This document shows positions 9,403 through 18,530 of a DNA stretch of 64,000 nucleotides, one piece after another. Made by a program: the position numbers and the translations under genes. The notes beneath the pieces are model-generated. The model worked only from the letters and a program-made list of their open reading frames with translations. It ran no database searches and had not been told where the DNA came from. Where the stretch lies: positions 128,001-192,000 of the forward strand of contig JBBRSP010000008.1 of assembly GCA_038245295.1 (NCBI GenBank). Reading direction: 5' to 3'. The first letter of the stretch is position 1. Every line of letters begins with the position of its first letter. Origin of the DNA: Candidatus Binatia bacterium. Its GTDB lineage: Bacteria; Desulfobacterota; Binatia; HRBIN30.

Positions 9403-11022
9403 TTACGGCAACGCGCACGAGAAGCTGTCGGGCGAGTTCACATCTCCCGAGCCGTTGTACCGCACGTACGCCGGCCAGCGGCAGAGCGGACGGAACGGCA
9501 GCAGCTGATTGGTGTTGGGATCAGGCCGGTAGCCGACCAGATCGGCGGGTGCCGCGCCTCCTTCGACCCACGCGTCGATCGGCGTGAGAAAGTCGTTGGC
9601 GGCCGCGCCGACACCGCCGCCGGTGTGATCGACGCCGGGCGACAAGTAGAGGCGCAGAAACTGATCGGCCGCGGCCTGGCCACCCGCTGCCGTGACGGTG
9701 CGCTGGTAGTAGTCGATCGTGTTGTAGGCGCTGATGCCGTAGTCGGACAAACCGTGCCACAGAATCAGCTTGCCGCCGCGGGCGCGGAACGCTGCCAGGT
9801 CGGGATCGGTAGCGTCCATCAACGCCGACAGGGCTTGCAGCGGCGCGCGGTATGCCGTCGGGTCGAAGTGCAGCGTGTCGAAGTGTGGGTCCTTGGTCAC
9901 GAAGTACAGAAGGAACTGTTCCTGCAGGGTGAAGCCGAAGCTCGACGGCGTCTCCGGCGATGATCCGGTTAGCCACAGCGGCCAGGCGCCGGACGAGTCC
10001 TCGAGGCCGAGGGGCCAACCGCGATAGGTGTTGAGGCCATTCGCCAGATCGATGCCGAAATCCCCGTCGGCGTGGATGAGGTTGACGGTGGCGATTTGTG
10101 CGTCGGTCAGACAGCCGCTCGTCTCCGCGGCGTTGCAGCGCAGGCTCTGCGGATCGACGTGACAGGCGGCGAGATGGCTGACGATCCCGTCGGCAAGCCC
10201 GTCCAGCGCGTCGCATGCCTGGGTCACGGCGTCGCCGACGAGCCGGACCGCGTCGGCGTCAAGGTAGCCGCCGGGCGTCACGAACATCTGCTGTACGATA
10301 CGGTTATGCGCCAGTTGCAGCGCGGTGAAGTTGAACGCCGGCTCGCGTGCGATCACGCCGTCGAAGTCGTCGGGAAAACGTTGCGCTTCGATGAGCGCTT
10401 CGCGTCCGCCTTCCGAGCCTCCCTCGAAGTAGGCGCGCCGTGGCATCGCGCCGTAACGGGCGGTGAGGATTTCACGCGTGGCGAGCAAGACGCGATGGGT
10501 GGATTGAACTGCGAAGTTGTCGACCGCCTCCGCATCATTGAGGGCCCACGAGCCGTCGAGTTGGTTGCCGCGGTGGCCGCTGTCGGTCGCCACGGAGGCG
10601 AAGCCTTTGGCGAGGATGCCGGTGCTGCGACCGCCGTCATCCGGTGAACCAATAATTCCGTCGTACCCGCCGCCGCCCAGAAAGACGAGTTTCTGATTCC
10701 AGTTCGTCGGTAGGCGCAGCTCGAAGTTGAGCGCCGGATCAATCTTGGCGGTGACCTTACAGTACTGGGGTGAAGGCGGGTTGGCGGCGACCAGAGTCGT
10801 TGAGCCAAGGTGTGCGGTGCCGATCATCATGCCGGAGAGGGCGCGGCATGCGGTGGCGGGATTAACGACGGTCGGTGTTACGGAGGCCGTCGGCGAGGCG
10901 GTGGCCGAACGACTTGCAGTTGGCGTTGCCGCCGCGACAGCCTCGTCATCCGAGTTGTTGCCGCAACCGTAGAGCAACGCGAAGCAGAGCGGCGCCAGCG
11001 CCAGACGAGAGGTGCGATTCAT
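9403..11022 (-). CDS. Tannase/feruloyl esterase family lipoprotein
   Basis: Lipobox LYGC; FELRLPTNWN, TDSGH, GGSEGG nucleophile, GGKLILWHG.D, GVDH, RPLC.WP. Confidence 0.9.
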   Translation of the reverse strand: MNRTSRLALAPLCFALLYGCGNNSDDEAVAAATPTASRSATASPTASVTPTVVNPATACRALSGMMIGTAHLGSTTLVAANPPSPQYCKVTAKIDPALNFELRLPTNWNQKLVFLGGGGYDGIIGSPDDGGRSTGILAKGFASVATDSGHRGNQLDGSWALNDAEAVDNFAVQSTHRVLLATREILTARYGAMPRRAYFEGGSEGGREALIEAQRFPDDFDGVIAREPAFNFTALQLAHNRIVQQMFVTPGGYLDADAVRLVGDAVTQACDALDGLADGIVSHLAACHVDPQSLRCNAAETSGCLTDAQIATVNLIHADGDFGIDLANGLNTYRGWPLGLEDSSGAWPLWLTGSSPETPSSFGFTLQEQFLLYFVTKDPHFDTLHFDPTAYRAPLQALSALMDATDPDLAAFRARGGKLILWHGLSDYGISAYNTIDYYQRTVTAAGGQAAADQFLRLYLSPGVDHTGGGVGAAANDFLTPIDAWVEGGAAPADLVGYRPDPNTNQLLPFRPLCRWPAYVRYNGSGDVNSPDSFSCALP

Positions 11023-11138
11023 GCGGCGACCTCTACACGAATCCCGCGTCGCGTTACCAGCGTGCTCGGATGGATGCGCATCGAATTGGTCATCTTCGGT
11101 CCTCTGTTGTGGGTTGTCCGTTTTTCATTGGTTCCGGC

Positions 11139-11282
11139 GTTGGGGCGGTTCGGGAACCGCCCGGTTCTGCCCGCTGCGGTACATGCACCGGCGGAACGGG
11201 TCGACAAACGCCGCACGCGTAGGCGACCGTCCGTGTGGATGTGGGCCGCCGGTTCGCCGGGCGGTTCTCGAACCGCCCCTAC
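11139..11282. repeat. Inverted REP pair (REPIN-like), gtaggggcggttc..gaaccgccc family
   Basis: gttggggcggttcgggaaccgccc ... gggcggttctcgaaccgcccctac. Confidence 0.65.
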
Positions 11283-11587
11283 AATACAACAGATGGCTCC
11301 GATACCGCCGGGTGTCCGAGTCGGCTCTGGAACGAGATTATCGGCCATGCCCCAGGACGAAAGCGATCGCTCCTGGAGCCCCAACTTGAAGCAGTGTGCG
11401 ACCCTCACGTCTGCCAAAAATATCCAATAAATTAAGGGGGTGAATGCGTCCGCCGACCAACAAAAGTCAAAAAACGTTGAGTTTGTGTGCGTAGGTAGAG
11501 TCGTCCGGACCCGCGAGACGCGATCCTGGGGCTTCCTGGTGCGTCTGCTGGCGGGTGCGGGTTTGCGAAATGCCATATTTTGCGAGG

Positions 11588-12184
11588 TCAGTACGAGGGT
11601 GGTGGAGGCGGATTGCCGCGCGGCGGTGGTGGTGGAGAGCCGCGCGACGGTGGTGGAGGCGGTGGACTACCACTCGGCGGTTGCGGCGGCGGCGCGCTGT
11701 TGTCTGTTCTTACGGTTGCCTTGAACGGCGACGGCGGACGGCGCATTCCGGGCGGCAGCGGAACCTGGTTTCCCTTAGCGTACATACACTGCACGTAGGC
11801 GTTGTCGTAGCGGCGCTGCAGCGACCACGCGGTTCGATTCGCCTGGTCGGCACCGGCGGCGCTGCCGCCGGCCAGGCCGACTCCGGCGCCGATGGCCGCG
11901 CCGGCAGCCGGATCCCCGGCGGCGGCACCAATCGCTGCTCCAGCAGCCGCACCAACCGCTGTGCCGACGACCGCACTGGTAACAGCGGCATCATTGGCGG
12001 CGTGCTGGGGCTTGCCGCCGATCGATTGCAGCGCCCAGTCTTGGCATACGGCATCGTCGTATTTGAATTGTTCGAAATCCTTGGTGCTGCCGGGCAGCAC
12101 CATGACGCTTGGACCGCTCGGGACGCGTGTGCATCCGCACACCAGCAACAGCAGACCGACACAGACTCTGAAGCGTGTTGTCAT
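11588..12184 (-). CDS. Glycine-zipper lipoprotein
   Basis: Lipobox VCGC; GTAVGAAAGAAIG zipper; QRRYDNAYVQCMYAKGNQVP; Pro-rich tail. Confidence 0.85.
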   Translation of the reverse strand: MTTRFRVCVGLLLLVCGCTRVPSGPSVMVLPGSTKDFEQFKYDDAVCQDWALQSIGGKPQHAANDAAVTSAVVGTAVGAAAGAAIGAAAGDPAAGAAIGAGVGLAGGSAAGADQANRTAWSLQRRYDNAYVQCMYAKGNQVPLPPGMRRPPSPFKATVRTDNSAPPPQPPSGSPPPPPPSRGSPPPPPRGNPPPPPSY

Positions 12185-12202
12185 GTGAGTACTCGCTTGC
12201 TC

Positions 12203-12724
12203 CTACTCGGGGACGGGGGGAACACGAATCCACTCCTCGTTGCAGGTCGGCACCGTGGGGTAGTACCCGCCGCCGCTGGCGCAGTAGTACCAATATCCGG
12301 AAGGCAGGGGCGCGTCTGGCTCGGGTGGCTCCCGCTCCGTGTAAACCGTCGGGCCCTGCACCGCAGCGGGCGGATAGTAGTCGTAGGCGTACGGGTATGT
12401 GTAGGCGTAGGGATACGCGTAAGGATACGCGTACGGATAATACCCCGGCCACCACAGCGGACCGACGTAGGCGCCGCCGTGCCAGCCGCCGCCATGCCAA
12501 CCACCACCACCATGATAGTACCCGCCGCCCTGGTACCCGTAACCACCGCCGCCGCCGTGGTACCCGCCGCCGCCGTGGTACGCACCGCCACCGCCGCCGT
12601 GGTACCCACCGCTGTGCCCGCCACCGCCATGTCCGCCGCCCCCGTGTCCGCCATACGCGTGAGCGCTGGCCGCGCAGAGTGTCAGCACCAGAGCGAAGGC
12701 CGATCGCGCGATGAACGTTTTCAT
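12203..12724 (-). CDS. Secreted Gly/His/Tyr/Pro-rich protein
   Basis: Signal peptide, GGGYHGGG repeats, YAYP repeats, YWYYC..GYYP.V..C...W C-terminus; GAGGAG RBS. Confidence 0.8.
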   Translation of the reverse strand: MKTFIARSAFALVLTLCAASAHAYGGHGGGGHGGGGHSGGYHGGGGGAYHGGGGYHGGGGGYGYQGGGYYHGGGGWHGGGWHGGAYVGPLWWPGYYPYAYPYAYPYAYTYPYAYDYYPPAAVQGPTVYTEREPPEPDAPLPSGYWYYCASGGGYYPTVPTCNEEWIRVPPVPE

Positions 12725-13167
12725 GTGTGTCTCCTCATTCGCGTCTCAAGAGAGCGACGCCGACGGCGCAGGGCTGTTCACCTCAAACGACCGACTCATT
12801 TCGAAGCGCACCGCCGTGTCCACATCGGTGATGCTCTCAGAAGAGCCTGCGATCAATAAACGCGCTCGTCAACGCATGGTCGCGCGGTTGGAGGAGAAAG
12901 AACCGAAAGATTTCCTGTTGAGCTCTAGCTGCGCCTCGCAAGCTTGGGCAAAGCCGGCTCAAGCTCAGGCTTCAAAACTTGCGGAGCCGGCTTCGATAGG
13001 CTCAGCTTAGGGCAGAGCCACCGCCGGCCCACCGCCGTGCAAGTAGTGCGGCGTGGATTCTGAGCCGCATGATCGCCTGATCGGCTCGACGCCGGCGATG
13101 TTCGTTCATCGCGTGCCTTACCACCGAGGGGCCTTGGGGAGGCCCACCCGGCGGCCGAGGCGAACTC

Positions 13168-13284
13168 TTACTGGTCCTGACGTCGTCCCCGAATCTTCTC
13201 TTCCCACTCACCTGTAAGGATCCCTGCCACGACAATGACGGTAACCAAGAGACCCCAGAGAAACACCGCGATGTCGATGTTCAT
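13168..13284 (-). CDS. 38-aa single-TM small protein (not in ORF track)
   Basis: MNIDIAVFLWGLLVTVIVVAGILTGEWEEKIRGRRQDQ; a paralogous remnant (IVTGEWEEK) lies at ~18371-18397. Confidence 0.65.
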   Translation of the reverse strand: MNIDIAVFLWGLLVTVIVVAGILTGEWEEKIRGRRQDQ

Positions 13285-13300
13285 AGCTGTTCCAGGCCTT

Positions 13301-13477
13301 TCAGCGGCGCCGCTGTACCGAGGTCAACAGGTTGCCCAGGGATAGGATCGAAGGCACCCACAGCCCGATAAAGAGTCCCGTCTGGCGATCAATCAGGAAC
13401 CACGAGCCGACCGAGCCGAGAAAGGACAGAAAAGCGGCGAGTAACCAAAGTTTCACGGGCAGACTGAGTTCCGACAT
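13301..13477 (-). CDS. 58-aa two-TM small membrane protein (not in ORF track)
   Basis: GGAGG RBS; MSELSLPVKLWLLAAFLSFLGSVGSWFLIDRQTGLFIGLWVPSILSLGNLLTSVQRRR; paralogous remnant at 18325-18368. Confidence 0.75.
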   Translation of the reverse strand: MSELSLPVKLWLLAAFLSFLGSVGSWFLIDRQTGLFIGLWVPSILSLGNLLTSVQRRR

Positions 13478-13573
13478 TAAGCGTCACCTCCTGGTCATCT
13501 CTGTCGGGCGGCAACCTCTCAACAACAGGGTCCTTCTGCAATAGCGCGACGCCGGCCCGAGACCGATTGGACC

Positions 13574-14029
13574 TCACGCGGCGACGCTACGCCGGCGCGA
13601 CAGGCTATCGAGTTCGCGGCGTAGGTTGCCGATTGCCGAGCGTACGTTGGAGGCGAACAGCCAGGCGAACAAGGGGTCGAGGATCTGTAGCGGGCCGGCA
13701 AATCGGATGTCGGCGTCCCAGGTAACCCGACAGCCACCGCGGCGCGGCTCCACCAAAACCGTGTCGGTAGCGGTCACTGTTGCCGTCGTGCCCACCAACA
13801 CGGCGCGCCGGTTCGGTTTGTACTCTGCGACGCGGTAGTCGAGCGTACTCTCCATGCCGAGGAACCCGAGGGTGACGCGGAAGCGGGTGCCGACGGTGAT
13901 TGGACCTGGCGTGCTCTGCTCGACTCGTACGATGCTCGGGTCCCAAGCGGGCAGGTTGTTGAAGTCGCTCAGGAACGGAAATGCCGCGGCCGACGCGGCG
14001 GTTGTGTCGATGACTTCTTTGAATCGCAT
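13574..14029 (-). CDS. SRPBCC (polyketide cyclase-like) family protein
   Basis: F.FLSDFNNLPAWDP...GPITVGTRF pattern, ~151 aa. Confidence 0.85.
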   Translation of the reverse strand: MRFKEVIDTTAASAAAFPFLSDFNNLPAWDPSIVRVEQSTPGPITVGTRFRVTLGFLGMESTLDYRVAEYKPNRRAVLVGTTATVTATDTVLVEPRRGGCRVTWDADIRFAGPLQILDPLFAWLFASNVRSAIGNLRRELDSLSRRRSVAA

Positions 14030-14199
14030 CCAAGGATAATACTGGAAACAGGAAGCGAGACCAGGAATTGTCTCGTTAGCTCGGATCATGCACTATTGGG
14101 AGCTGGAGTGAGTTGTTGGCCCTCTACCAACTTCTTGAAAATCGGGCGGCGACGAGATTCGGACTCCAGTGACTTCGAGCTTCTTGAGGAGATGAATGC

Positions 14200-14952
14200 A
14201 TGACGACGACCGATATTGATTCGACGCCCTCCTACCTCGTGTTCGGCGCGACCGGTGGAATCGGTACGAGCTTATGTCACCGATTGGCTTCGCGCGGCGC
14301 TCGCCTGGTCATTGCCGCCCGCAACGGTGATAAGGCCCAAGCGTTGGCCGACAAACTGCACGCATCGTCATACCTGCTCGATGTGACTGTTCTTAGCGAG
14401 GTGGATGCGTGCGTGGAGAAAGCCCTCCAACTACACGGTCGACTGGACGGTGTCGCGAATTGCGTAGGATCGCTGCTTCTCAAGCCGGCCCACTCGACGA
14501 GTGAGGCCGAGTGGCTATCCACTCTCGCAACGAATTTGACCTCGGCATTCGCGGTAGTCAGGGCCAGCGCCAAGGCGATGATGCATACGGGCGGCTCGAT
14601 GGTTCTTGTCTCTTCCGCCGCAGCCCGAATCGGCCTGGCAAACCATGAGGCCATTGCCGCCGCCAAGGCTGGTGTGATCGGACTCTCTTTGTCTGCCGCG
14701 GCTACCTATGCCTCACGTGGCATTCGCGTCAACTGCGTCGCGCCTGGTTTGGTTCGCACCCCGATGACCGCTCGATTGACCGCCAACGAAAACTCTTTGA
14801 AGTCCTCGACGGCCATGCACGCTCTGGGGCGGATCGGGGAACCGGAAGACGTAGCAGCAGCGATCGAGTGGCTACTCAGCCCTGAGCAGAGTTGGGTCAC
14901 GGGCCAGGTGCTGGGAATCGATGGCGGCTTGGGCTCCGTCCGCTCACGCTGA
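14200..14952 (+). CDS. SDR family oxidoreductase (atypical catalytic motif)
   Basis: GATGGIG, NCVG, HEAIAAAK, VNCVAPG, IDGG; GAGGAG RBS. Confidence 0.9.
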   Translation: MTTTDIDSTPSYLVFGATGGIGTSLCHRLASRGARLVIAARNGDKAQALADKLHASSYLLDVTVLSEVDACVEKALQLHGRLDGVANCVGSLLLKPAHSTSEAEWLSTLATNLTSAFAVVRASAKAMMHTGGSMVLVSSAAARIGLANHEAIAAAKAGVIGLSLSAAATYASRGIRVNCVAPGLVRTPMTARLTANENSLKSSTAMHALGRIGEPEDVAAAIEWLLSPEQSWVTGQVLGIDGGLGSVRSR

Positions 14953-14967
14953 ATTGCGAAGTGTCCC

Positions 14968-15903
14968 ATGAACTCTCTCTCGGAACGAACACAATCGCCT
15001 GTTTGGGCGAGTGGTTGGCTAGTGGCCGCGGGCGTCTACAACCTGCTGTGGGGGACGCTGACAATCGCGTTTCCCCATCTTGTCTTCGATTTATCCGGTA
15101 TCGAGCGGATGAACTATCCCGAGATCTGGCAATGCGTCGGGATGATTGTTGGCGTCTACGGCATCGGGTACATCGTCGCTGCAGGGGACCCGCGAACTCA
15201 TTGGCCAATCGTGCTCGTGGGGCTGCTGGGTAAGATTTTTGGCCCCATCGGGTTCGCCGCGGCTTTGCTGAGAGGGACTTTTCCGCCGCTCTTCGGTTTG
15301 ACGATCCTCACCAACGATCTGATTTGGTGGATCCCGTTCGCCATGATTCTTTGGGATGCCGCGAGGCAGCCGAGGCAGCATCAGTTGTCTGGTGCCGGGT
15401 CGCACTATGTGAAGGAAAGCCGAATCAACGCCCCGCCAGAGGTTGTGTTCCGCTTTCACGAAAGCCCCGACGCGCTGCGCTCTTTAATCCCGCCCTGGGA
15501 GAAGATGGAGGTCGCCGAATCCGCCGGCTCTCTCCGAATTGGCAGCAGGGTCGTGTTGCGCGGGCGCCTCGGTCCGATCCCGATCCAATGGGTCGCCATC
15601 CATACCGAATACGATCCACCTCACTTGTTCGCGGATCGTCAGGAGGCGGGCCCGTTTGCCTGGTGGTATCATCGGCATCGGTTTCTCGATGACGGTGAAG
15701 GGGGCACCATCTTGAGGGACGAAGTCCAGTATCAGGCCCCGCTCGGGATGATCGGGCATTGGCTGGGCGGTTGGCTGATCCGCCGCAAACTCAATCGGAT
15801 GTTTGCCTATCGCCACGAGACGACGCGCTGTTTGATCGAGTCAGGGAAGTCAACTGGACCGCACCCCGCACTCGATCAACGGCCGACGAAAGAGAAGAAA
15901 TGA
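14968..15903 (+). CDS. Membrane domain fused to SRPBCC domain
   Basis: Four-TM N-terminus (YPEIWQCVGMIVGVYG..HWPIVLVG) plus VFRFH..FADRQEAGPFAWWYHRH SRPBCC domain. Confidence 0.75.
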   Translation: MNSLSERTQSPVWASGWLVAAGVYNLLWGTLTIAFPHLVFDLSGIERMNYPEIWQCVGMIVGVYGIGYIVAAGDPRTHWPIVLVGLLGKIFGPIGFAAALLRGTFPPLFGLTILTNDLIWWIPFAMILWDAARQPRQHQLSGAGSHYVKESRINAPPEVVFRFHESPDALRSLIPPWEKMEVAESAGSLRIGSRVVLRGRLGPIPIQWVAIHTEYDPPHLFADRQEAGPFAWWYHRHRFLDDGEGGTILRDEVQYQAPLGMIGHWLGGWLIRRKLNRMFAYRHETTRCLIESGKSTGPHPALDQRPTKEKK

Positions 15904-16721
15904 CTCTCGATGTGCTGATCGTCGGGGCCGGTCTGGCAGGTCTGTGCTGTGCGCGCCGACTACAAAGCCAGGGCATTCGCTTTCAAATCTTGGAGGCCTC
16001 CGACGCAGTCGGTGGCCGAATCCGTACGGACTACGTGGAGGGATTCCGTCTGGACCGCGGCTTTCAAGTCTTTCTCACTAGTTACCCCGAGGCGAGGCAG
16101 TCGCTTGACTATCAGGCACTCCGATTGAGACCTTTTCAGCCAGGCGCCCTGGTACGATATGGTGGCAGATTTCATGAGCTCTCCGACCCCTGGCGAAGAC
16201 CGTTGGCGTCGCTTGGTTCCCTGATCTCGCCCATCGGTTCTCTAGGCGACAAATTGCGAGTGGCTCGCCTCCGCGCCCGGGTGCTGAAGGGCAGCATCGA
16301 GGATCGATTTTACGACCCCGAGCTGACGACTCTCGGGGCTCTGCAAGACGACGGTTTCTCGGCCTCGATGATTGATCGCTTCTTCCGGCCATTTCTGGGA
16401 GGTATTTTTCTCGACGCTGAGTTGCGCACATCCAGCCGGATGTTTCAGTTCGTCTTTCGGATGGTCTCGCTGGGTAGCGTCTGCCTGCCGGCGGATGGCA
16501 TGGAGGCTATCCCTCGACAGTTGGCCTCCGCGTTGCCTCCAGGCAGTATCCGTCTCGGGGCCCGGGTCGGCGCTCCACCGGCCCTAGCCGTGCCGGAACG
16601 CCCCGTTCGCTGGCAGCCCGGTATCTACGTTTGTGGTGATCATCGAGATAATGCCTCGATCCAGGGAGCGATGGCCTCGGGCCGCCGGGCGGCCGAGGCC
16701 TTGCTGAATGATCTAAAGTGA
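15900..16721 (+). pseudogene. FAD-dependent (amine oxidase-like) oxidoreductase with probable in-frame internal deletion
   Basis: GAGLAG, GGRIRT, LDRGFQV and C-terminal CGDH..SIQGAMASG are present, but the protein is only 273 aa and jumps from IRLGARV to APPAL. Confidence 0.65.
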
Positions 16722-17167
16722 ATGACACGCTGATCCGATTCCTTGTTCTAGCGCATCTGGCATCCACATTGTTCATGCTGGGTGTCATCTGGTTCGTCCA
16801 GATCGTCCACTATCCGCTCTTCGCCAGCATGGGGCGTGCGGAGTTTCGGGCCTACGAGCAGCGGCACACCGATCTGACCACGTGGGTCGTTGCCCCGCCG
16901 ATGCTTGTGGAAGGGATTACTGCCTTGCTTTTGTTTTGGTTCCGACCAACAGGAGTCTCGATCGGGCAACTGTCGATCGGACTGGCTCTAGTGGCCGTCA
17001 TCTGGCTATCGACCGCGCTGCTCCAGGTGCCATGTCACAACGTGTTATGCCAGGGCTTCGACCCGGTCGTGCATCAGCGACTCGTCGGGACCAACTGGAT
17101 GCGGACGGTCGCCTGGAGCGCGCGTGGGTTGCTGGTTTTGTGGATGGCGATTTCCTCATTCCGCTGA
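16718..17167 (+). CDS. Conserved membrane protein
   Basis: GVIWFVQIVHYPLF, PMLVE, QVPCH, NWMRT; four TM helices. Confidence 0.75.
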   Translation: MNDTLIRFLVLAHLASTLFMLGVIWFVQIVHYPLFASMGRAEFRAYEQRHTDLTTWVVAPPMLVEGITALLLFWFRPTGVSIGQLSIGLALVAVIWLSTALLQVPCHNVLCQGFDPVVHQRLVGTNWMRTVAWSARGLLVLWMAISSFR

Positions 17168-17179
17168 GGGAGCAAGACC

Positions 17180-17662
17180 TTGAAACCCGATCACAAACGG
17201 CACATGCGACAAGCGATCGCGCTGACGGCGAACGTGCCGGAGCTACCGTTCGGGTCCGTCATTGTTTACCGGGAAAGCGGGGAGACTGCGGCCGCGGGTT
17301 GGAATAGATCGAAAACCAATTCGACCTGGCATGGTGAGATTGACGCTCTCAACGCCCTGTTCCGATGCGGTCAGACGGGTGATCGCAGCGAGTTGGTCCT
17401 TTACACTACCGCGGAGCCTTGCCCCATGTGCATGGCTGCGATTCTTTGGAGCGGCATCCAGATGGTCGTGTTCGGCACATCGATCCGGTTCCTGCAGCAA
17501 CACGGTTGGCGACAGATCGACGTCCTCGCTGAGGAGATTGTCCGTCGCAGCCCGGGCTGGCAATGCACGATCGTCGGTGGCGTGCTGCAAAAGGAATGCA
17601 ACAGTTTGTTCGCGGCAGGACCGCCTAAACTTGTTCCTCACCGCCCCGATATCAGCGGATGA
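17180..17662 (+). CDS. Nucleoside deaminase (CDA/TadA-like)
   Basis: PFGSVIV, HGE, EPCPMC zinc motifs. Confidence 0.9.
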   Translation: MKPDHKRHMRQAIALTANVPELPFGSVIVYRESGETAAAGWNRSKTNSTWHGEIDALNALFRCGQTGDRSELVLYTTAEPCPMCMAAILWSGIQMVVFGTSIRFLQQHGWRQIDVLAEEIVRRSPGWQCTIVGGVLQKECNSLFAAGPPKLVPHRPDISG

Positions 17663-17803
17663 CCGCTGGCCAGTTTTTCACTTTTTGGCTCTGCACCGGT
17701 CTGAACAGTGGCTTACTCGATCCCAGTCGCGTGCCCACTTCTTCCTCCAGGCGAACATTCGGCCGAAGGGATAGATGATCGCGGCCCGGGGCATGAATCA
17801 GTT

Positions 17804-18320
17804 TTACTGGCCGGACTTTGGGGTCGGCAGGTGCTTGTCGACGGAGATGCCGACCTGCCGAAGGATACAACCGGCAGCGGCAACACCGGAACGGAATGCC
17901 CCCTCGACCCGGCCACCAGCCAGCCAGTCGCCGCAAACGACCAGCCGCGTGTCGTCGTCGAAGAGCACCAGCCGATCGAGTGACAGTGGGGTGGCACTAA
18001 ACAGCCAGCGGTGCGCGTCGAGGTGAACCGGTGTTTGTGCGGGTGCGGCCGTAATGCCGGCGAAAGCGCTGAGCAGTGTGGCCTTCACGGTATCCCGGGC
18101 GAGATCCTGATGGGCCGCCGACCAATCGGGCGAGGCGTGCAGTACCCAGCAATCGTGTGAGCGATCGCGACCCGGCTTGGAACTGTTGCGAGCCACCCAA
18201 CCCAGCGGCGAACCGTGAACGAATGCCCCATCCCACGCCGCCTCGATGCGCGCCTCGAACGCGGCCAGCACTGCCCAGCAGGGCGTCATCGGAATGGCCC
18301 GCACTTCGGCCGCAAGCGCA
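17804..18320 (-). pseudogene. C-terminal fragment of renalase-like FAD oxidoreductase
   Basis: MTPCW, RNSSKPGR, WVLHASPDWS, HRWLFS, CGDW..GGRVEGAF.SG; N-terminal FAD-binding domain absent. Confidence 0.8.
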
Positions 18321-18324
18321 TGGT

Positions 18325-18400
18325 CGGCAAACCGGGCTCTTTATCGGGTTGTGGGTGCCTTCGATCCTGGATCGTGACGGGCGAATGGGAAGAGAAGTTC
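18325..18400 (+). pseudogene. Collapsed remnant of a paralog of the 13168-13477 small-protein pair
   Basis: Encodes RQTGLFIGLWVPSIL then, in another frame, IVTGEWEEK. 18337-18368 is an inverted copy of 13344-13375 (31/32). Confidence 0.75.
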
Positions 18401-18530
18401 CTCTGCGACCGTCTTCGATGCAATGCTCCGTGAGGTTCTCTGGGTGAAAGCCCTTTCGGTAACGCCGCTCAACTGCAGCAAAGCTGGATGCGAAAAGGAA
18501 CGGACCCGCATGCGACGCAGGCAGCAGGCC

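Noticed and set aside
11345..11480. Sequence resembling a type I-G CRISPR repeat (cccaggacgaaag..tcctgg..ttgaagc) next to an AT-rich tract
   Set aside because: Single degenerate copy with no spacers or cas genes, and the AT-rich tract is on the wrong side for a leader.
12400..12650. Tandem DNA repeats (ccgccgccgtggta, gcgtaaggatac)
   Set aside because: Explained by the GGGYHG and YAYP coding repeats of the 12203-12724 protein.
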